Shown: one piece after another, positions 55,293 through 61,942 of the stretch
Layout of the letters: the number at the start of each line of letters is the position of its first letter
Numbering within the stretch: position 1 is the first letter of the stretch
Assembly (NCBI GenBank): GCA_964410905.1
Contig: CAYPIR010000009.1
Location: forward strand, 1 to 61,942
Direction of reading: 5' to 3'
DNA from: an uncultured bacterium
GTDB lineage: Bacteria; Omnitrophota; Omnitrophia; Omnitrophales; Aquincolibacteriaceae
Length of the DNA: 61,942 nt
The notes under the pieces: generated by a model
The model's input: the letters and a program-made list of their open reading frames with translations, nothing else
Told to the model about the DNA's origin: nothing
The model's database searches: none
Position numbers and translations under genes: made by a program

Positions 55293-57377
55293 TTAAGAAA
55301 TTAAAGAAATATCAGCAATTTTTGATGTGTAAAGTTGATTTGCAGCGGCGACAAGCGCTATGCGGTTCGCGCGAACATTTAAGTCTTCAGCGTTCACTAA
55401 AACGCCGTCAAAAAATTCGTTCACAGCATCAAGTAATGAATCGCCATAAAGTCGCGTTGCAGATTCGTATTCGCCTTTTTCAATAGCTTGGATTATCGCG
55501 GGACTTTTCGCTTGAAGGGTTTCAAAAAGTTTTTTCTCTTGCGGTTCTTTCAAAAGTTCGGGCTTAATACCGGGGATTTCACCCTTATAACCTTTTAGCA
55601 TATTCGCCGTGCGCTGAACAATTTTCGCGGCGCGAGAAAGCATTTTGTCATCTATTGCCAAAACCGCGTCAAAGCGTTTGAAAATATCGGCGAGATTTTC
55701 GCTGGACGTGCGGAGGACAGCTTGCAAAATTTCAAACGCGCGCGATTCAGTTTTTGCTCCAATTTCATACGCCACGCGTTCTTGCAAAAATTTTGACAAT
55801 CGTTCTTTCAGATTCTCTTTTTTGCTCAGCTTATCACCATAAAGATCAATGTTTTTTTCGAGTATTTGCTCCACGGGGAAATCAATTCCATAAGCACGAA
55901 TAAGTTTGACTAAAACACCGCCGGCTCGGCGAAGCGCAAACGGGTCTTGACTTCCCGTCGGCTCAATTCCTGTACCGAACGCGCCGACTAACAAATCAAA
56001 CCTATCAAGCGCGCCGAACAACGCGCCCAAAAGCGTGATTTGTTTTTTTGCGTCCGCGTAACTTTCCGTCAAACTTTTTGGAAGATATTGCGTAGCGATT
56101 GCCGATGAGACATTCGCGTCACACCCACTGACGCGCGCGTATTCTCCGCCGACAATTCCCTGCAAATCCGGCATTTCGTACACAAGATGCGTAATAAGAT
56201 CTATTTTTGAAAGCGCCGAAACTCGCGCCAAATCTTTTGCCAAATTCGCGTTGCCCGAAATTTCAGCAAAAAATCCCGACAGTTTTTCAAGCCGCTCGGT
56301 TTTATCAAGCATCGAACCGAGTTTGCCGAGGTAAACAACTTTTGCAAGGCGCGCTTTTTTATTTTCAAACGGCTCTTTTGTATCGAGATTATAAAAATAC
56401 CGCGCGTCTTTGAGTCTTGAATCGAGCACATTTTCATAATCCGCTTGAACTTTGAGAAGCCCGTTGCGTTTTCCATTCAAAACCGCGATAAACTTATTTT
56501 GCATATTCCCTTTTGGGTCATAACAGGCAAAAACTTTTTGATTTTTTTTCATAGAGCTCGCTAAAACTTCCGCGGGAAGTTCAAGATATTCTTTTGAAAA
56601 ATCCCCTTGCAAAAAGAAAGGCTCCTCAACGAGCTGCGCGTTTATGTGCAAAAGCTCTTCGTCTATTTTTGTTTGCCCATACTTTTTTTCTAATTGCTCG
56701 CGGAGAAGTCGCTCCCTATCCGAAATCAAAAGATGCACGTGATTTTTCTTTAGAACCGCAAGATATGATTTCCAATCCGCTTTAGCGATAGCAAAACTTT
56801 TAGGAGCAAGAAATCTATGCCCGAAACTTTGATTTGAAGATTTAATTCCGGCAAGCTCAATAGAGATTTTTTTCGCGTCAAGAAGCGCGACAATCCAGCG
56901 GATAGGCCGCGGAAATTTAAAATTCGTTTCTTCCCAACGCATAAATTTAGGGAAACTAAGCGATAGAATTATCCCGCGAATAACTTCGGGCAAAACAGCC
57001 GACACAAGATTCCCTTTTTCTTTTTTCTTAATAAAAACAAACTCGCCCTTCGGCGTCTCGCGGATTTCAATGTCTTTTTCTGCCGCGTTTTTGCTTTTCA
57101 AAAATCCGTTCAAAACTTGCGTGGCATTTCCATTTTCGTCATAACATTTCGCGCGCGACGGCCCGGAAATTTCTAATTCGTAATCCGGCTGTTTAACAGG
57201 CAATCCTTCAACAAAAAGCGCGATTCTGCGCGGAGTAGCTTCAACAATTATGTTGTCAAAAGCAATATGCTCTTCAGCGAATTTCTTGCGCGTTTTTTCC
57301 GCCAAGTCAGAATAAATCACATCCAACGCGCTGACAGGCAGCTCTTCCGTTCCGATTTCTAAAAGTAATTTAGCCAT
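55293..57377 (-). CDS. glyS: glycine--tRNA ligase beta subunit
   Basis: 694 aa. The N-terminal LLLEIGTEELP motif and overall GlyS pattern are present. It lies immediately downstream of glyQ. Confidence 0.9.
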   Translation of the reverse strand: MAKLLLEIGTEELPVSALDVIYSDLAEKTRKKFAEEHIAFDNIIVEATPRRIALFVEGLPVKQPDYELEISGPSRAKCYDENGNATQVLNGFLKSKNAAEKDIEIRETPKGEFVFIKKKEKGNLVSAVLPEVIRGIILSLSFPKFMRWEETNFKFPRPIRWIVALLDAKKISIELAGIKSSNQSFGHRFLAPKSFAIAKADWKSYLAVLKKNHVHLLISDRERLLREQLEKKYGQTKIDEELLHINAQLVEEPFFLQGDFSKEYLELPAEVLASSMKKNQKVFACYDPKGNMQNKFIAVLNGKRNGLLKVQADYENVLDSRLKDARYFYNLDTKEPFENKKARLAKVVYLGKLGSMLDKTERLEKLSGFFAEISGNANLAKDLARVSALSKIDLITHLVYEMPDLQGIVGGEYARVSGCDANVSSAIATQYLPKSLTESYADAKKQITLLGALFGALDRFDLLVGAFGTGIEPTGSQDPFALRRAGGVLVKLIRAYGIDFPVEQILEKNIDLYGDKLSKKENLKERLSKFLQERVAYEIGAKTESRAFEILQAVLRTSSENLADIFKRFDAVLAIDDKMLSRAAKIVQRTANMLKGYKGEIPGIKPELLKEPQEKKLFETLQAKSPAIIQAIEKGEYESATRLYGDSLLDAVNEFFDGVLVNAEDLNVRANRIALVAAANQLYTSKIADISLIS

Positions 57378-57378
57378 A

Positions 57379-58266
57379 TTATTTTTTCTTATTTATGAGT
57401 GGAAACCCGAGCGCTTTGCGGCTTTCTAAATATCCTTCGGCGCAAGCGCGCGCCAAAGCGCGAATCCGGGCGACATAACGCGGCCGCTCGTTAACGCTTA
57501 CCGCTCCGCGCGCGTCCAACAAGTTAAAAATGTGCGATGTTTTAAGACAGCAGTCATACGCGGGCATTGCCATTCCGTCCGCCAAAAGTCTTGTTGCTTG
57601 CTTTTCATAGTCTTCAAAATGTCTTAGATAAATTGCCGGATCAGAACCTTCAAAATTGAATTTGGAAAACTCTTTTTCACCTTGAAGATGGACGTCGCCA
57701 TATGTAACGCGGTCATTCCACTCAATATCAAAAAGTGAATTCTTTTTTTGCAAAAACATCGCTATGCGCTCAAGTCCGTAAGTAATTTCGCATGAAATCA
57801 TTTCTAAATCTATAGAGCCGCATTGCTGAAAATATGTAAATTGAGTTACTTCAAGGCTGTCCAGCCACACTTCCCAGCCGAGCCCCCAAGCGCCCAGAGT
57901 CGGCGATTCCCAATCGTCTTCGACAAAACGAATATCGTGCGAAAGCGGGTCAATGCCTACGGCTTTCAGGCTTCCGAGATAAAGTTCTTGAGGATTTTTA
58001 GGCGCTGGTTTGAGAATTACTTGATATTGATAGTAATGCTGAGTTCTATGAGGATTTTCGCCGTATCTGCCGTCTGTCGGGCGGCGGGACGGTTCGACAT
58101 ACGCGGCTTTCCAGGGTTCAGGGCCAAGCGCGCGAAGAAATGTATGAGGAGAAAAAGTTCCTGCTCCGACTTCCAAATCGTATGGTTGAACTACCAAACA
58201 GCCTTGTTTTGCCCAATAATCATTTAAGGCTTGTATCAATTCTTGAAATGTCAGAGGTTTGGACAT
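57379..58266 (-). CDS. glyQ: glycine--tRNA ligase alpha subunit
   Basis: Highly conserved GlyQ sequence ([43 protein letters not shown]). 295 aa. Confidence 0.95.
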   Translation of the reverse strand: MSKPLTFQELIQALNDYWAKQGCLVVQPYDLEVGAGTFSPHTFLRALGPEPWKAAYVEPSRRPTDGRYGENPHRTQHYYQYQVILKPAPKNPQELYLGSLKAVGIDPLSHDIRFVEDDWESPTLGAWGLGWEVWLDSLEVTQFTYFQQCGSIDLEMISCEITYGLERIAMFLQKKNSLFDIEWNDRVTYGDVHLQGEKEFSKFNFEGSDPAIYLRHFEDYEKQATRLLADGMAMPAYDCCLKTSHIFNLLDARGAVSVNERPRYVARIRALARACAEGYLESRKALGFPLINKKK

Positions 58267-58320
58267 ACTCAGCTTTTCTAAGAGAGTGAAAATTTTTGTA
58301 ATGTGCGAAAAAGAGTGGGC

Positions 58321-58348
58321 ATTATAGCAAAATCACCTCACAAATCAA
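58321..58348 (-). promoter_or_regulatory. probable sigma-70 promoter for glyQS
   Basis: On the minus strand: TTGATT (58343-58348), a 16-nt spacer, then an extended -10 TGCTATAAT (58321-58329). This lies about 55 nt upstream of the glyQ ATG. Confidence 0.45.
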
Positions 58349-58392
58349 CGCTCAAGCGGAATGCGGTATATGAGTAATAAAAGTTAGTCGCC

Positions 58393-59217
58393 TTATCTTT
58401 TGCGTAACAAATTGTGGCGAACGCAAAGCCTCTTTAGCGTGGCGACAAGAGCTTCTAAATTGGTTGGTTTCTGGAAAAATTTATAGCCCAATTTTTTTGC
58501 GTTTTTAAGTTGAATCGGGTCGGCGACGCTGGTGTAAATAATAAAATCCTTGGGCGCGTGTCCTTCGCCCCGTTTAAAACGGTCAATGAGTTCGTCCCCC
58601 CACATATGCGGCATTTTTACATCTATGATTCCAATATCCGGCTCGAACTCTAAAGATTTTTTCAACGCTTCCTCGCCAGAAATCGCGACCAAAACCTCAA
58701 AGTGAGCGTCTCCCACATCTTCTTCTAATGCTGATTTTAAAATATCGCACACCTCGGGCTCATCATCCACTATAAGAATTTTTGCGCAAGGCTCCATGCC
58801 GGGTTCGACGTTTACTTCCTCGTTTTCTTCGTCTTTTTGCTTAACCACGGCTTCTATTTTGGCATACAACTCTTTTAGGCTATATGGTTTTTTAATGAAA
58901 GCCTCAACGCCGATTTTTTCACAATTTTCTTGTTCGTTATGAAGAGCTGTCAAAATAATAACGGGTAAGTCAGGATGATATTTTCTTATAGATTTTAAAA
59001 CTTCCATGCCTCCCATCCCCGGCATATAAAGATCCAAAACCACAAGCGTCAACTTCGTTCCGCACTCTTCAATTATCTTAAGCGCCTCCATACCGCTTAA
59101 GGCCGTCATCGCGTCATAACCGAAAATTTGACAAGTTTTAGAAATAAAAAATAATGTGTCCGCCTCGTCATCCACCACAAGAATAGTGCCGCGTGTTTTA
59201 GGAATGTCCACTTTCAA
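58393..59217 (-). CDS. tandem receiver (REC-REC) response-regulator protein without output domain
   Basis: Two CheY-like domains: ILVVDDEADT...VVLDLYMPGMGG...ILTA and ILIVDDEPEV...GIIDVKMPHMWG. 274 aa. TTG or GTG start. Confidence 0.8.
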   Translation of the reverse strand: MKVDIPKTRGTILVVDDEADTLFFISKTCQIFGYDAMTALSGMEALKIIEECGTKLTLVVLDLYMPGMGGMEVLKSIRKYHPDLPVIILTALHNEQENCEKIGVEAFIKKPYSLKELYAKIEAVVKQKDEENEEVNVEPGMEPCAKILIVDDEPEVCDILKSALEEDVGDAHFEVLVAISGEEALKKSLEFEPDIGIIDVKMPHMWGDELIDRFKRGEGHAPKDFIIYTSVADPIQLKNAKKLGYKFFQKPTNLEALVATLKRLCVRHNLLRKR

Positions 59218-59226
59218 AATCTCCGT

Positions 59227-59586
59227 TTAGTTTTGCGAAGCTTGTTCAACGATTTTAAGGATAGTTTTTAGCGGCGTGGGCTTATGCAAACATGCAATGG
59301 CGCCAAGTCTTATCGCTTCTTTATCGATTTCCCTGTCCTGAACGCCCGTAAAAATCACAACTTTTATATGAGGCTTTTGGGTTTTAATAATTTTTAAAAT
59401 CTCAAGACCATTTAGACCCGACAACAGCTCGTCGACAAACGCGATTTTCGGCTCTTTTTCTAAAATTAAATTTAAGCCGTCATTGCCGTTTTCTGACGAG
59501 AAAAACTCATGTCCAAGTTCAGAAAAAACATTCCGCATGACATCAAGCAAGCCAGTTTCATCGTCAACAAAAACTATCTTTGCCAC
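59227..59586 (-). CDS. single-domain (CheY-like) response regulator
   Basis: IVFVDDETG...AFVDELLSGLNG...VVIFTG...K receiver pattern. 119 aa. GTG start preceded by a GGAGG SD. Confidence 0.8.
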   Translation of the reverse strand: MAKIVFVDDETGLLDVMRNVFSELGHEFFSSENGNDGLNLILEKEPKIAFVDELLSGLNGLEILKIIKTQKPHIKVVIFTGVQDREIDKEAIRLGAIACLHKPTPLKTILKIVEQASQN

Positions 59587-59908
59587 AAATTCCTCCCCGC
59601 TTTGAGAAAGTATCGGAAAGTTACACGCATTACTATAGAATTTTTTCCAGTTATAACTTTAGCTATTAAAATTCCTGCCATAAAATATACTTTTTATGTT
59701 TTGTGATAGCATATATTTAATATGATTAATACTAAAACATTTGAAATTGAATCGGACGCTTTTCCCGACATTTATGAAAAACGCACTGTGGAATATTTGC
59801 TCAAGGCTTTACAAAAATAAAATTTCTAAAACCAAGTTGCGAAAAACAAGTCCTAATCAAATTTAGAAGATAAGGATATGACGCAAATTTGAATTTTTAC
59901 CACAAGAC

Positions 59909-59955
59909 GCGGGCAGCCGTCACTGGATAGAGACGGTGAGCCCGCTCTTTTTTTT
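59909..59955 (+). terminator. Rho-independent terminator oriented for the plus strand
   Basis: The stem pairs GCGGGC (59909-59914) with GCCCGC (59940-59945) and CCGTC (59917-59921) with GACGG (59932-59936). It is followed by TCTTTTTTTT (59946-55). On the minus strand the hairpin is preceded by an A-tract and followed only by GTCTTGTGG, so a role for the minus-strand operon would be weaker. Confidence 0.6.
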
Positions 59956-59981
59956 GCCCATTCCAGCCGCCTAAAATTGTC

Positions 59982-61031
59982 TTACTGAAAAACACCTTGA
60001 AGAGATTCGTCAGAATCCATAATTTGAACAAGATCGTTCGTTCTATCAGCCTCTGAGAGAATGCAAGTAAAATCCGGTTTTACAAATGGCGCGTATTTTA
60101 TCGCCTCTATCCATTCAGCGCGATTAAAAGGATCCTTTCGGACTTCATCCCAAAAGCCCGTATCGTGAAATAATTTAGAAATTCTATCCGCGCCGCGTCC
60201 CTGCAAAAGACTAACCATATAAGTCGCGACTCCGACCTGCAGACCGTGAAGGCGAGGACGCTTGCTGATTAAATCATACGCGTGAGAAATTAAATGCTCG
60301 CTTCCGCTGGCAGGTCGAGACGATCCGCAAATCTCCATGGCAATACCGTTTAACATCAGCGCCGTAGCGAGCAATCTAATACCTTCCAAATCATGATCGG
60401 GTTTTGCCATCAACTGAAAAACTGTCGCGTCAGACAAAAGCGCGGAAAAGTCGTCAACCTGTGTTCCTTTTAATTTAAAGGAAAGTTTCCAATCGTAAAC
60501 CGCGGTGATTTTAGAGACAATATCTCCAATCCCCGAAAGCCAAAGAATGCGCGGCGCTTCAAGACAAACTTTCGTATCGACAACAACACCATACGGCATA
60601 GCCGCCGGAAAAGAACGACGCTTACCTTTGAACTCAAGACTTGATTGAGGTGAACAAAATCCATCATTTGAAAGCGCCGTCGGAACAGCGACATAAGGAA
60701 GCCGCGAGAGAAACGCCACATATTTCGCGATATCAAGCGCTTTGCCGCCGCCGAGTCCAATAATTACGCCCGTATTGTGAGGAAGAGTTTGAAATATATC
60801 CTGCGCTTGTTCAAAACTTGACGCGACAACCTCTGTTCGATGAATAATTCTAATTCCCTCTTGAGCCAAAACATCCTGAGCGCGCTTAATAATTTTCTCA
60901 TCTAGGCCTTTATTCATCACAAGCGCGACTGTTTTGAATTGTCCGCGTGTAACATAAACGCCGAGTCTGTCCAGCGCGCCGTATTTAATTCTAACAAGCG
61001 TAGGAATTGTGATTGATGTCGCGCGTATCAT
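59982..61031 (-). CDS. egsA: sn-glycerol-1-phosphate dehydrogenase family (EgsA/AraM-like, iron/zinc ADH superfamily)
   Basis: GLGGGKALDIAKYVA, VPTALSNDGFCSPQSSL, GDIVSKITAVYDWKLS and GSSRPASGSEHLISHAYD...HGLQVGVATY match the G1P-dehydrogenase signature blocks as I remember them from archaeal EgsA and Bacillus AraM. Confidence 0.8.
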   Translation of the reverse strand: MIRATSITIPTLVRIKYGALDRLGVYVTRGQFKTVALVMNKGLDEKIIKRAQDVLAQEGIRIIHRTEVVASSFEQAQDIFQTLPHNTGVIIGLGGGKALDIAKYVAFLSRLPYVAVPTALSNDGFCSPQSSLEFKGKRRSFPAAMPYGVVVDTKVCLEAPRILWLSGIGDIVSKITAVYDWKLSFKLKGTQVDDFSALLSDATVFQLMAKPDHDLEGIRLLATALMLNGIAMEICGSSRPASGSEHLISHAYDLISKRPRLHGLQVGVATYMVSLLQGRGADRISKLFHDTGFWDEVRKDPFNRAEWIEAIKYAPFVKPDFTCILSEADRTNDLVQIMDSDESLQGVFQ

Positions 61032-61684
61032 TTAAAATCCTCCAAAAGCAAAGTTTCCGCCACTTCCGCCCAAGTGTTAAACGGACGAAAATCCTCGCCT
61101 ATTTCTTTTAACTTTTGGGCAAGCCAACTTTTAGCAAAACGCCTTTGGGGCGGCACTAAAAGCGCGGGGGCGAGATCCGGTCTGCCATCTCCAGCAAACG
61201 CTACAAAATTCGCACGGGACAACGCGTCTTTTACAATCGCTACTTTGTTAACGCCTATTTCTTGCGATATAAACGGAGAATTTTTAGGCAGCCGCATATC
61301 AAGTCCGCCTGCCGCCGTGAAAGTTCCGGGATTCGCGTGAACCAATATATTAACATTTGCTTGCTCAAGTAATTTTTCTATATACCAAGCGCAGCCCGCG
61401 GATGCCACGATTACTTCCCAACCTTTTTGATTTAATTTGGGGATAAGCGTGTTAAGACGCGGTTCTAAATTCATTTGCGAAATAATCCCAAGTAGTTTTG
61501 CCTCATCGGTTCGGATTGCGAGAAACATCTGTCTCAAAGCCTCAAAATGAGTCATCTCGCCCGCCTCGTATTTTTCCCACGCTCCCAGTTTTAAAATGTC
61601 AGGAAACTCGCGGCAAACAAGGTCATAAAAATCTTTTTGTGTCAATGTTCCGTCAAAATCAGATACAAGAATTGCTTTTGGCAT
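61028..61684 (-). CDS. HAD-superfamily subfamily IB phosphatase (MtnX-like)
   Basis: DFDGTLT (motif I), SAG (motif II) and AGDGRPD (motif IV). 218 aa. Its stop overlaps the G1PDH start (ATGA). Confidence 0.75.
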   Translation of the reverse strand: MPKAILVSDFDGTLTQKDFYDLVCREFPDILKLGAWEKYEAGEMTHFEALRQMFLAIRTDEAKLLGIISQMNLEPRLNTLIPKLNQKGWEVIVASAGCAWYIEKLLEQANVNILVHANPGTFTAAGGLDMRLPKNSPFISQEIGVNKVAIVKDALSRANFVAFAGDGRPDLAPALLVPPQRRFAKSWLAQKLKEIGEDFRPFNTWAEVAETLLLEDFK

Positions 61685-61748
61685 AAAAGTTCTTTCTTTG
61701 ATGCGAGCACTTTATGGGAATTAGAATTATACTAAAATTTTTATAGTG

Positions 61749-61942
61749 TTAGAGGGTTTCTTCCAACACTTTCGCGGTTACAATGAATTGAGCATTGCGA
61801 AGCGCTAAAGCGCTCCTTCCTTTCAAAAGCCAATTTAACACACGGCGATATTCATTGAGGTCGGAAATATGAACCAGCGAGCCACGACTCGCGATGCTGA
61901 TTTGCCCGCGTTCTTCCGAAACCACTAACGCGATAGCGTCCG
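61749..61942 (-). CDS. cdaA: diadenylate cyclase CdaA, C-terminal fragment (gene continues beyond the window)
   Basis: Hand translation of the minus strand from the window edge gives DAIALVVSEERGQISIASRGSLVHISDLNEY...EETL-stop. The (S/T)IVVSEE(T/R)G.IS.A..G.L block is the conserved end of the DAC domain. The stop is at 61749-61751. Confidence 0.7.
   Translation of the reverse strand, partial: DAIALVVSEERGQISIASRGSLVHISDLNEYRRVLNWLLKGRSALALRNAQFIVTAKVLEETL

Noticed and set aside
59722-59820. 32-codon plus-strand ORF as a confident CDS
   Set aside because: No SD, a very short ORF and no recognisable family. It is kept only as part of the orphan plus-strand unit finding.

Overview
This is a 61.9-kb bacterial chromosomal window. 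Every convincing gene (about 58 CDS and one tRNA) lies on the minus strand, mostly in tightly packed, often overlapping operons. All calls were made by eye from motifs in the supplied translations. No searches or computations were run, so family names and percent identities are estimates. Many track ORF starts are over-extended (longest ORF, with TTG/GTG shown as M), and I trimmed them where an ATG with a Shine-Dalgarno (SD) sequence was evident.

Two ordinary housekeeping blocks flank the centre. Block 1 (about 0.5-35.5 kb) carries M48 peptidase, HI0933 flavoprotein, cyclophilin, typA, nitroreductase plus flavodiiron protein, ilvD, nadA, an ABC-F ATPase, an RluA-family synthase, tatD, xerD, glnS-gltX, nadK, dxs-ispA-xseB-xseA, MTHFS, tRNA-Arg(CCT), apt, a sigma-70 factor and ppdK. 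Block 2 (55.3-61.9 kb) carries glyQ-glyS, receiver-only response regulators, a coupled HAD phosphatase / sn-glycerol-1-phosphate dehydrogenase pair and the 3' end of cdaA.

Between them sits a visibly AT-richer accessory island of about 20 kb (35.5-55.3 kb), with these parts:
- a RhuM-family gene broken by a 13-nt tandem duplication;
- an AAA+ ATPase / PD-(D/E)xK cassette bracketed by 35-bp direct repeats and preceded by a 4 x 23-bp iteron-like array;
- a 13-gene translationally coupled glycan-modification operon. It carries a DegT aminotransferase, two methyltransferases, a tandemly duplicated GT2-WbqC-beta-propeller module, and a ThDP enzyme, an ATP-grasp enzyme and a metallophosphoesterase. 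No exporter, polymerase or nucleotide-sugar activation genes are present;
- hipBA and a DUF1016 nuclease.

The best candidates for something undescribed are the duplicated GT2-WbqC-propeller module with its ThDP/ATP-grasp/phosphoesterase tail, and a roughly 1794-aa mosaic membrane protein (10.0-15.4 kb). Other observations are a hairpin-dense ORF-free tract at the left edge, a 17-bp perfect inverted repeat upstream of ilvD, a BrnT/BrnA pair, a missed 57-codon four-Cys ORF, and an orphan plus-strand terminator in the only sizeable gap of the right block.
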